A DNA stretch of 64,000 bases from NCBI GenBank assembly GCA_047967505.1, contig CM106538.1. One strand, 5' to 3'. This document shows, one piece after another, positions 1 through 11,369 of the stretch. The first letter of the stretch is position 1. Each line of letters starts with the position of its first letter. A program made the position numbers and the translations under genes. Under the pieces are notes generated by a model. It did not search any database, was not told where the DNA came from, and was given only the letters and a program-made list of their open reading frames with translations. Origin of the DNA: Dipteris shenzhenensis. Taxonomy: Eukaryota.

Positions 1-617
1 AGTAAGCTCATTAGCACAGTTTATGGCAAATCCAAAACAGTTTCATTGGAATGCATCCGAAAGAGTCTTGAGATACATAAGAGGTACAAGACAGTTTGGG
101 ATAGAATATAGAGGAAGTCATCCATGGTTGCATGGATATTGTGATAGTGACTATGCCGAAGATCATGAGACCAGGAGATCGACACAGGGATATGCATTTT
201 TCCTTGGTCAAGGTGCTATATCATGGTTGTCAAACAAACAACCAACTGTTTCTCTGTCTTCGATTGAAGCAGAATATAGGGCACTCACTACAGGTGCATG
301 TGAGGCTATATGGCTCTAAAGACTATTGACAAAAATCGATTACTTTGATGAGTGAAAGCCAACAACAATATAATGTGATAATTAATTGGCTCAAGCATTG
401 GCCAAAAATCTAGTATATCACTCCAAGACAAAGCACATTGATGTCAGAGAGCACTTCATCAGAGAAAGAGTGTTACTTGGTGAGATCACACTATAGCATT
501 GTGATAGCAAAGAAAATTTTGCAGACATCTTTACCAAACCACTCGGTAAAGAGCTATTCGAGAAACACCGACTAGCTCTTGGTTTGATGCAGAGGAACAA
601 AATTCCCATTAAAGGGG
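1..617 (+). pseudogene. Ty1/copia pol 3' end (RT C-terminus/RNase H), degenerate, family C
   Basis: Motifs GYCDSDYA..RRSTQGY, ISWLSNKQPTVSLSSIEAEY and KTKHIDVREHFIRE, with several stops. PPT AAAGGGG at 611-617. Homologous to 60552-61775. Confidence 0.9.
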
Positions 618-902
618 TGTGATGGAATGTAATGCTCAGTCCTTCTTCAATTTCCCAAAATCATCATCTTGAGGGAAGACCTACTTCATGATGTTGATCT
701 TGAGGGAAGGTGTTGAGAGTTCACGCTCAACATCATGTGATCTTGTGTGCATAGCACCATCACGTGATCATATGTGCATAGCACTAACCTTACAGAGTGC
801 TATAAAGGAAAGGGTTAGATCCCCTAACCCTAACCCTAAAAGGGTTTGTATATATTCTTTTTTTTCAACTAAATCTAGTGTACAATTAGTCATTTGTGGT
901 GT
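618..902 (+). repeat. Truncated 3' LTR of copia family C
   Basis: Starts TGTGATG directly after the PPT and matches the LTR at 61776-62130 up to CATTTGTGGTGT, then switches abruptly to integrase-region sequence. Confidence 0.8.
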
Positions 903-2363
903 GCAAAAGGAAAGAAGGGCATGATGTTTATGTTGGATGCGGACATGCCTCAATTGAGTGCAGCAATGTTTGCACATGGGACCGGTGTAGTTGCAAATAT
1001 TGATATCTGGCATAAACGTATTGGTCATGTTAATATACAGCGACTTAAATCAATGCAAGCCCAAAATATTGTTGCAGGATTGCCTAAATTCAAGGTTGTA
1101 GAAATTCATAAGGTTTGTGAAGCCTGTCAATTTGGAAAACAGGCAAGGAAACCATTTCCTAGGCATGTTCAAGAGAGTAAAAAGCCATTGGAATTAATCC
1201 ACTTTGATGTGTGGACTACTAAAGCTACATCTATTGGAGGCTATCACTATTTTGTCACTTTTATTGATGACTTCAGCAGAAAAGTTTGGGTGTATTTTAT
1301 GAAAGAGAAAAGTGAAGTGTTTGGGCACTTCAAAGCTTTTAAAGCTATGGTTGAAAAAGAAACAGGCCTGCAAATAAAATGCCTAAGGTCAGATGGAGGG
1401 GGATAGTACCTCTCAAATGAGTTTGCAAGGTTCCTACAAGGGCATGGCATAAAGCAGCAATATTCATGCAGTCATACCCCATAGCAAAATGGACTTGCAG
1501 AAAGGAAAAACAGGCATATTGGAGAGGTATCTCAGGCCATGCTAAATGAGAAAGATATACCAGATTATTATTGGGCTGAAGCAGTTGCTACAGCAGTCTA
1601 TATAATGAACAGGACTCCCACTGTAGCAATACATGGCATGACGCCAGAGGAGATGTATACTGGTAGGAAACCAGATATTTCTCATTTGAAGATTTTTGGT
1701 TGCATTGCCTATGTCCATGTGCCAGATGAGTTGAGGTCCAAGTTGGATCCAAAAGCTGAGAAGTGCGTCTTTATTGGTTATTCTCTGTAGCAGAAAGGGC
1801 ATAGATGCTATAACCCTTCTACACATAAGCTCACAGTGAGCAGAGATGGTGTTTTTTATGAGATGAGTAGCTGGTATAAACCAATAAATGTGATGATTGA
1901 TATAGATACACAAAATGGTATTGCTGCACAGAATTCACAGCAACAATAACAAAATATCAATGGACCTGCACTGTCCTCTAGTAGTGGTTCATATACTTTG
2001 CCATGGACAGGTAGATTGAGATAAGGAGAATCTCCTCAAAGCAATGCAGTGGTACATAGGTATCACGAAAAGAAAAAGAGAAGGTAGATCAGCACATGTT
2101 TGATGTGAATGCAGGTCACTCTTATGTGGATGGTGAATCCAGTGGCTCAGAACAAAGCATTGATGATGAGTTGGGTATTCCTTCTGTTGTTACACTTGGA
2201 GTAAGGAAGACCAGGGATGTTTTGAGAGCACCTGGAAGTGAGCCTATTTTGCGCAGGTCTACCAGAGCTAGGTATTCTGTGGATAGGCTGAAATATGATG
2301 GATTTACAGCCATTCACTATGCCTATATGGTCAAAGTGATACAGGAACCAGAACCCACTTCCT
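903..2363 (+). pseudogene. Ty1/copia GAG-pre-integrase/integrase fragment, diverged relative of family B
   Basis: WHKRIGH..CEACQFGK zinc finger, LRSDGGG, WAEAVATAVYIMNR and KLDPKAEKCVFIGY, with in-frame TAG stops. Ends at EPEPTS, where an LTR is inserted. Confidence 0.9.
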
Positions 2364-4778
2364 TGTAAAGAATAAGGGGGAGAGATAGGAGACTCAAGTT
2401 CAGCTTTCTTCACAACACACAAAAGAGAGAGGACACAAGGTTGGAGGGTGAAGCCTTTCTTCACTTTTGCACACAACAACAATACAATAGAAGAGGGAAA
2501 TACCCTATATGTCAAACCCTAGAATACGTGGTTCATATGTGAACCCAAACCAAAAACATACGTGGTAGTCTAACTACACCACGAGTACAACTAACATAGG
2601 CGGTGACATAAATGATAGTCATCCAAGAGATATATCGGGGGTAGAGCTTGATATCTCAACACTCCCCCTCAAGCTCAAATCCATCTCACGTACACCAAGC
2701 AAGCTCCTAAATCTGCGAAGCTTCTCGGTACCCAATGCCTTCGTAAAAATATCAGCCACCTGCTCCTCAATGCTGACATAGACAAGATCAATCTCACCAG
2801 CTAGAACCTTCTCTCTCACAAAGTGATAATGCACCTCAATGTGCTTCGTTCTAGCATGATAAACTAGGTTATTAGCAAGCATGATGCTGCTAATGTTGTC
2901 ACAATGAATGACAACTGCTGCATGAATTGACTGTCCCATATCTGCAAGTAGCTTCCGTAACCAAGCTACCTCACATGCAACCATTGCTGCACCCCTGTAC
3001 TCAGCCTCTGTGCTCGACAAGGCAACTGTTGGCTGCTTCTTGCTGCTCCAACTGATGGCACCACCAAGGGAAAACATAAAACCACTAGTAGATCTCCTGT
3101 CTAAGACACTACCAGCCCAGTCAACATCTGTGTATCCATGTACCTATAATGCACACCCAGCTTCATAAAACAGTCCATAATGCAATGTGGACTTCACATA
3201 CCGCAGTATGCGCCTAGCCGCATCCAAATGTGGCTTCCTCAGTGCCTGCATAAACTGACTCACCAGCCCCACAGCATAGCTCAAATCTGGTCTGGTTATA
3301 GTCATGTAAATCAAGCTACCTACTATGCGCCTGTACATAGTAATATCTTCAAGAAGCTCACCTGTCTCTGCATTGAGCTTCACATTCTGCTCCAATGGAA
3401 CAGAGATAGGCTTACAGCCTGTCATCCCATATTTGGACAGCATGTCCAAACCATATTGCCTTTGCAACAGCCATATCCCACTCGGGGATCTAATAACCTC
3501 AATGCCCCAGAAGTAACGCAGCTCTCCCAAATCCTTCATCTCAAATTTCTGCTTCAACAGCAGCTTCACTTCATTAATGTCTGCATCACTATCACCTGTA
3601 ATAATCAAGTCATCAACATAGATGACTACAAGCACAATCCCTCTGTTTGTCCTTTTCACATAAAGTGAAAAATCTGAATTGGAAATTTGAAATCCAATAG
3701 TGACAAGATATTGCCCTATCTTGTCTGACCATGCCCTCGGCACCTGTTTTAAGCCATACAAGGCTTTGCGCAACCTGCATACAAAATCGGGGTGTGAATT
3801 ATCCTCATAACCTTCTGGCTGCATCATATAAACCTCTTCCTGCAAATCACCATGCAAGAAGGCATTTTTCACATCCATCTGATGCAAAGACCATCCCTTT
3901 GCAGCAGCCATAGCAATTACTGCTCTCACAGTTGCCATCCTTGCAACTGGGCTGAAAGTTTCCTCATAGTCAATTCCATATGTCTGCGCAAAACCTTTGG
4001 CAACCAATCTTGCCTTGTACCTGCTAACAGACCCATCAGCATTGTGCTTTACTTTGTTAACCCACTTGCAGCCAATAGCCTTCTTATCATGAGGCAAAGG
4101 CATCAAATCCCAAGTGTGGTTTGCATCCAAGGCAGCCATCTCTTCATCCATCGCTGCTTCCCAATTTTTATGCCCTGCTGCATCCTCAAAACATGTGGGC
4201 TCTGGCTCCTCTAGAACCTTGACCATATAAGCATAGTGATGTGCTGTATACACATCATATCTTAGCCTATCAACTGGATACTTAATACGAGTGGACCTCC
4301 GTACAACTGGAACAGTTGCAGGAGTCTTTAAATCATGCCTGCTTTTCCTTGCACCAGGTGTAACAATAGAAGGAATCCCAAGTTCCTCATCAAGGCTCAT
4401 TTCAGAGCCGCTTGACTCTCATCAACATGAGAGCTACCAGCAGACACATCAAACACTGGAGCATGGTTTACTTTTTCTTTTCCCTTATGTGATACCTGCA
4501 CAACACTATCAGGGCTGCCATGTGACGATTCACTAGATCTCAATCTCCCTGTCCATGCATTAGATCCACTAGTAGAGGACTCTCTGGGTCCACTCAAGGC
4601 TTGAGATTGCTGCTCTGCATTTATTGCAGCATTCCCATTTCCTGCATCTGCATCTCCTACCATAACAGTTGGTGCATACCAACTGCTCATTTCATCAAAA
4701 ACAACATCTCTGCTCACTTGCATTTTGCGGGTGGAAGGGTTATAACAGCGATACCCTTTCTGGTGCAGAGCATATCCA
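2364..4778 (-). mobile_element. 5'-truncated Ty1/copia family B (integrase C-terminus, RT, RNase H, 3' LTR 2364-2661)
   Basis: Near-identical reverse complement of about 34771-37192. RT YVDD motif in ORF 3144-4400. PPT (CTCCCCCTC on +) at 2662 next to the LTR. Confidence 0.95.
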
Positions 4779-4976
4779 TGCCACCTTAATTAGTTGAGTT
4801 TGGTTTGAGACCCACATATAGGGTTCTTCTATTTTCTTTGTACTAGAGTTCTTTTTGGCTTTCACAACTAAGAAGAGGAAAACTATTTTCAGCCTCCACC
4901 TGTGTGTGTATTCCCCCATTGTGTATGTGAGAAAGCCGTAAGCGAGACTCCTTCCCTCTCTCCCACTATCTTCACA
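4779..4976 (+). repeat. Probable 3' part of an LTR from another copia family
   Basis: Ends CTCTCTCCCACTATCTTCACA, resembles the family B LTR layout (ACATATAGGG, CT-rich end) and interrupts the protease motif WYVDSGAS. Confidence 0.5.
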
Positions 4977-6228
4977 TGATGCACCTGAGTCAACATACCA
5001 CACATCATTGCTTTCTTCTGCACTTGTCACAGAATTGGTCATGTGCTGCACCATAAACAGATGCTCATTTCTGTCATCACCCTGTCTACTAGAAGATACA
5101 TAATTCCCTTGCTGCAATTTTCTATTCATGATATCATTCTGCTTTTTATAGTAATCTTTAGCCATATGAACCATTTTACCATAGTAGCAGCATTCAACAT
5201 TACTGTTTGCATTTTGGCCTCTCCGCCATCCACCACGACCTCTTTAGCTCCCCCTGCCTCTAGAGTTACCACGTCCTCCTCCATAGGACTGGTTTTCTTC
5301 AGTTTGTTACATATTCTGATTTCTACCATGGCCTCCAAATCGGCTTGCTCTGCCTCTGTCTCTACCTCTTCCAGCATTTGAGTAGAAGATAGTTTCTTTT
5401 GACGTTCCTCCTAAAGAAGATGCACCACCATTTCTTTGCTCTTTAGAAATTAGAAGAGAAAACAATTCCTCAAAGTCAGGAAATTTTTCACGAACGGCAA
5501 TGGATGTCTAGAACTGTGCATAATCCTTTCCTAAACAATTCAAGGTCACAAAAACTAAATCATCATCTTCCACTGGAGACCAAATGGAAGCAAGTGCATC
5601 TGCAATTTTCTTCACCTTCATGTGGTAGTCATTGATGCTCATATTTTCTCTTTGCACATTATGCAACTCCTGCTTGAGCTACATTTTCCTGGCTTGCATA
5701 TTTGTGCTATACATTTTTGCCAAAGTATCCCATGCCTCCTTTGGCGTACTTGCATCCTAAATATGCACAATCATAGAATCTGAAATACTAATAGAGAGCC
5801 ATTACATAACTTTTCTGGCTCTCTCATGCCATCCTTTAAATGCCTGCATTTCCTGTTGATTGGGATCATTAGGAAGAACTGGTTCTTCTTCATTTCCTAT
5901 AATGAACTCCCAATAGCCTTTTCCCATAAGGAAATTCGTCATTCTAAACTTCCATTCCTAGAAGTTGTTCTTGTCAAGCTTTTCAGTGATAATCTATGAA
6001 AGAGAATTAGATGCCATTACAGAACACTGCAAAATATTCTGTCACTACAAAAAACACAGCTTCTGCCTCACAAGGGCAAATCTGCAAAACTGACGAAAGT
6101 GGTATTTGACCACACAGTCACTTCCTAATGACAATTTTGCATCAACAGGCAATAAGGATGATTCTGTAACTTTCAATATCTCTGCGCACAGGCATACGAT
6201 GCAATTTATGTGGCAACTTTTCACCGAC
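4977..6228 (-). pseudogene. Ty1/copia leader + gag + protease start, degenerate
   Basis: From the ATG at 6017: EKLDKNNF*EWKFRMTNFLMGKG ... WYVDSGAS, with many TAG stops. The leader 6020-6228 is homologous to about 32335-32550. Confidence 0.85.
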
Positions 6229-6821
6229 CTGACTGATACTGATGGTAGCAGAGTCAGAAGGAGGAGTAGCAGTGGGAGTAGGAGAGGGAAAGAGACCTGG
6301 CTGATACTGTGTCTCCGGACCAAGTGGAGACCTGTAGGAACGTGAGTGTGCTGACTCGTCTACATCTCCCGAGTCAGCACAACATAAGCTGCCCTTCCTA
6401 CTCTTCCTTTCCTTACGAGAGGCATGCGTAGGTGATGACCCCTCGGTCGAAGGGGCACGAGGGGACGGCTGGGCAGTACATCCAACCATCAGTGTAGGGG
6501 AGGGAATTGCTGAGGTCCTCTGAGATAGTAGAGAGAAGAATCTCACTGCCTCCTCATCGCTCATCTGTGCTACAAACTCGTCGGGGCTCCCGACAAAGCC
6601 ATGCGTGGCTAGCAAAGGAGTTACCCAAGGGGTAGTCACAGTGCTACATGGAAGAGGAGTCGGACCAGGGGTAGTCGTAGTGCTAGGTCCGAGAGGAGTC
6701 GGCCAGGGGTAGTCCTCGGGGTAGTCACCTGAGAGGAATCAAAGTCCTCTGGAGCATATAGATCATGAGCTCTCCTCCTACGAGGCTATCCGTACTCGTC
6801 GGATGAGCGACGTGATCCCAT
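6229..6821 (-). pseudogene. 5' fragment of a Pro/Ser/Thr-rich ORF, possibly a CACTA accessory (ORF2-like) gene
   Basis: GC-rich ORF 6142-6639 extendable to an ATG at about 6821. A GA-rich tract lies directly upstream of the ATG, as for the En/Spm accessory ORF at 59150. Confidence 0.35.
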
Positions 6822-9800
6822 GTCTAACATAGACACAAACACGAAAACAAAAAACAAAAAAACAAACATAAGCATAGGCATAGGCATAGGCATAGGCAAA
6901 GAGGGAGAGAAGAGGAAGAAGAGGAAGAGGAAGAGGAAGAAGCGGAAGAGGAATCTGAAGAAGAGGGAGAGAAGAGGGAAAAGAGAAGGGGGAGGAGAAG
7001 AGGAAGAAGAGGGAAAGGAAAGAGGAAAAGAAGAGGAGAGAAGAGGGAAAGGAAGAGGAAGAAGAGGAAGAAGAGGGAGAGAAGAGGAAGAAGAGAGAAA
7101 GAAGAGAGAAAGAAGAGGGAAAGGAGAGGAGAAGAGAGGATAAGGGAGAAGAAGAGGAAGAAGAGAGAAAGAAGAGAGAATAAGAGAAGGGAGAAAGAGA
7201 AGGGAAAGGAAACAGGGAAAGAAGAGGAAGAAGAGGAAGAAGAGAGAAAAGAGGAAGTGGACGAGAAGAGGAAGAAGAGGGAAAGGAAAGAGGGAAAGGA
7301 AAGAGGAAGAAGAGGGAGAGAAGAGGAAGAAGAGAGAAAGAAGAGAGAAAGAAGAGGGAAAGGAGAGGGGAAAAAGAGGAGAAGAGAGAAGAAGAGGAAG
7401 AAGAGGGAGAGAAGAGGAAGAAGAGAGAAAGAAGAGAGAATAAGAGAAGGGGGAAAGAGAAGGGAAAGGAAGAGGAAGAAGAGGGAGAGAAGGAGGAAGA
7501 AGAGGAAGAGGAATCTAAAGAAGAGGAAGAGAAGAGGGAAATGAGAGAAGAGCATAAGAGAAGAGGAATCTCTTATGCTCATGCATAAGCATAAGCATTC
7601 TTATGCTCATGCTTATGTTTATGCATGAGCATAAGAGAAGGGGGAAAGAGAGAAGAAGAGGGAAAAAGAGGGAAAGAAAGAGAGAAGAAGAGGGAAAGGA
7701 AGGAGAGATTGGAAAAGAGGAAAGAGGGAGAGAATAAGAGAAGGGGGAAAGAGAGAATAAGAGAAGGGGAAAAAAAGAGACATATGCTCATGCGAATGCA
7801 TGAGCATATGTCTACTTCTCTTATGCTCATGCATAAGCATAAGCATTCTTATGCTCATGCTTATGTTTATGCATGAGCATAAGAGAAGGGGGAAAGAGAG
7901 AAGAAGAGGAAGAGAACAAGAGGAAGAGAAGAGGGAAATGAGAGGGAAGAGAAGAAGAGGAATCTAAAGAAGAGGGAAGAGAAGAGGGAAATGAGAGAAG
8001 AGGAATCTCTTATGCTCATGCTTATGTTTATGCATGAGCATAAGAGAAGGGGGAAAGAGAGAAGAAGAGGGAAAGGAAAGAGGGAAAAAGAGGGAAAGAA
8101 AGAGAGAAGAAGAGGGAAAGGAAGGAGAGATTGGAAAAGAGGAAAGAGGGAGAGAAAGAGAGAAGGGGGAAAGAGAGAATAAGAGAAGGGGGAAAAAAGA
8201 GACATATGCTCATGCGAATGCCTGAGCATATGTCTACTTCTCTTATGCTCATGCATAAGCATAAGCATGAGCATATGTCTCCTTTTCTTATGCTCATGCT
8301 TATGCTTAAGCATAAGCATAAGCATAAGAGAAGGGGGAAAGAGAGAATAAGAGGGAAAGGAAAGAGGGAAAAAGAGGGAAAGAAAGAGAGAAGAAGAGGG
8401 AAAGGAATGAGAGATTGGAAAAGAGGAAAGAGGGAGAGAAAGAGAGAAGGGGAAAAGAGAGAATAAGAGAAGGGGGAAAAAAGAGACATATGCTCATTCG
8501 AATGCATGAGCATATGTCTACTTCTCTTATGCTCATGCATAAGCATAAGCATGAGCATATGTCTCCCTTTCTTATGCTCATGCTTATGCTTAAGCATAAG
8601 CATAAGCGAGAGCATAAGAGAAGGGTGAAAGAGAGATTAAGAGGAAAAGGAAAGAGGGAAAAAGAGGGAAAGAAAGAGAGAAGAAAAGGGAAAGGAAGGA
8701 GAGATTGGAAAAGAGGACAGAGGGAGAGAAAGAGAGAAGAAGAGGAAGAAGAGAAAAGAGGGAGAGAAAGAGAGAAGGGGGAAAGAGAGAAAGAGAGAAG
8801 GGGGAAAGAGAGAAGAAGAGGAAAGAGGAAAGAGGAAAGAGGGAGAGAAAGAGAGAAGAAGAGGGAAAGAGAAAGGAGGGAAAAAGAGACATATGCTCAT
8901 GCTTATGCATGAGCATATGTCTACTTCTCTTATGCTCATGCATAACCATAAGCATGAGCATATGTCTCCTTTTCTTATGCTCATGCTTATGCTTATGCAT
9001 GAGCATAAGAGAAGGGGGAAAGAGAGAATAAGAGGGAAAGGAAAGAGAGAAGAAGAGGGAAAGAGAAAAGAGGGAAAAAGAGACATATGCTCATGCTTAT
9101 GCATGAGCGTATGTCTACTTCTCTTATGCTCATGCATAAGCATAAGCATGAGAATATGTCTCCTTTTCTTATGCTCATGCTTATGCTTATGCATGAGCAT
9201 AAGAGAAGGGGGAAAGAGAGAATAAGAGGGAAAGGAAAGAGAGAAGAAGAGGGAAAGAGAAAAGAGGAAAAAAGAGACATATGCTCATGCTTATGCTTAT
9301 GCATGAGCATAAGAGAAGTAGACATACGCTCATGCATAAGCATGAGCATATGTCTACTTCTCTTATGCTCATGCATAAGCATAAGCATGAGCATATTTCT
9401 CCTTTTTTTATGCTCATGCTTATGCTTAAGCATAAGCATAAGCATAAGCATGAGCTTATGCTTATGCATGAGCATAAGAGAAGGGGGAAAGAGAGAATAA
9501 GAGGGAAAGGAAAGAGAGAAGAAGAGGGAAAGAGAAAAGAGGGAAAAAGAGACATATGTCTACTTCTCTTATGCTCATGCTTATGTTTATGCATGAGCAT
9601 AAGAGAAGGGGGAAAGAGAGAAGAAGAGGGAAAGAGAAGGAGAGATTGGAAAAGAGGAAAGAGGGAGAGAAAGAGAGAAGGGGGAAAGAGAGAATAAGAG
9701 AAGAGGGAAAAAATAGACATATGCTCATGCTTATGCATGAGCATATGTCTACTTTTCTTATGCTCATGCATAAGCATAAGCATGAGCATATGTCTCATTT

Positions 9801-10320
9801 TCTTATGCTCATGCTTATGCTTATGCATGAGTATAAGAGAAGGGGGAAAGAGAGAATAAGAGAAGGGGGAAAAAGGAGACATATGCTCATGCTTATGCAT
9901 GAGCATATGTCTACTTCTCTTATGCTCATGCATAAGCATAAGCATGAGCATATGTCTCATTGTCTTACGCTCATGCTTATGCTTAAGCATAAGCATAACC
10001 ATAAGCTCATGCTTATGCTTATGCATGAGCATAAGAGAAGGGGGAAAGAGAGAATAAGAAGGAAAGGAAAGAGGGAAAGGAAAGAGAGAAGGGGGAAAGA
10101 GAGAAGGGGGAAAAAAGAGACATATGCTCATGCTTATGTCTCTTTTCTTATGCATGAGCATATGTCTACTTCTCTTATGCTCATGCATAAGCATAAGCAT
10201 GAGCATATGTCTCATTTTCTTATGCTCATGCTTATGCTTAAGCATAAGCATATGCTTATGCATGAGCATAAGAGAAGGGGGAAAGAGAGAATAAGAGGGA
10301 AAGGAAAGAGGGAAAGGAAA
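6822..10320. repeat. Compound low-complexity array: GA-rich tracts alternating with ATGCTT/ATGCTC/AAGCAT/GAGCAT hexamer blocks
   Basis: Directly visible. Recurring blocks such as GACATATGCTCATGCTTATGCATGAGCATATGTC alternate with AAGAGAAGGGGGAAAGAGAG tracts. Confidence 0.95.
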
Positions 10321-11369
10321 GACTATTTACAACGGTCCCCATGCGATAGTGAGAAAAGATAGTAGCAGTCTCTTTGCAATAGACTCCACCAAACATTGGA
10401 CTGATGAAAGTGATACTTTTGTTCTTCCCGAGCACTATGAGTAGGTGCATACTAATGATTTAATTAATCGAAGAATTCGTTTTTAAAGATCCATTGATAC
10501 ATGTACTTGAGCATAATTTCATATATATAATTGATGACATTTGGCACCCATCTTCAATATAGGTGGTTTTTCATCCGGATCCTTCTGATCCAAGATGGTG
10601 GTACGTGATCCAAGTTGCACCACGAAGTAAGCAAATTTTTAAAGATAGAGATGTGGATATGGAGATGCCACTACCAATGCTGGATCCAATTGATGAATCT
10701 AGCGAAGAAGATGTAGATCACCATATGGGCCAAGAGGAAGATGTGCATAATGACATCACACGAGAGGAAGATGGAGATCACGATATTGAGGAAGAAGTCA
10801 ATGATCATCAAGAATCACCACACTTTATTGAAGAAGATGATCAAATACTTTTAGGTGAACGTACGATGCTAGAGTACGATGATGATATAGGAGATCAAAC
10901 TCGGTATAGAGTTGGAGATAGACTTGTTTGGTGCCTTAGACTTGGCTCAAGATGAAACAGTTGATGTAAATGCTCTTAATTGATTTTTCTCATCTCAAAC
11001 TTGGACATGAATATATGAGCTTCAAAGGCTTGATGTACATGCTCTCATTTTCTTATTCTCTATGAGATCAAACATGTATGAAAATTGAAAAAAATTTGTC
11101 ATTGGAAAAAACTAACTTTTAAGGCCTATATGGAAAAAAAAACCTCTCTAGAAAACGTCGCTATAAAATAGTATATCGGTGTCGCTATATAGTGACACTT
11201 AAAAGTCGCTATATAGCGACCTTTATAAAAGTCTCTATATAGCGACTTTTAGCAACCGTCGCTATATAGCGATGCTTTACGGAACCCACTTTTCATACCG
11301 ACGATTAACGCTAAGCGGGTGCTAAACGTCGGTACATAAACATCGCAATAGGATCCGTGTGTAGTAGTG
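10321..11369 (+). mobile_element. CACTA (En/Spm) family A right end: tnp2 C-terminal remnant, subterminal repeats, TIR
   Basis: VVFHPDPSDPRWWYVIQV plus an acidic tail. Palindromic GTCGCTATATAGCGAC repeats at 11157-11272. Terminus GTGTGTAGTAGTG (reverse complement CACTACTACACAC). Confidence 0.85.

Noticed and set aside
6820-10362. Many R/K/E-rich, F/L/S-rich and MLMLM/HKHKH ORFs
   Set aside because: By-products of stop-poor low-complexity repeats open in several frames; the same applies to 59104-59759.
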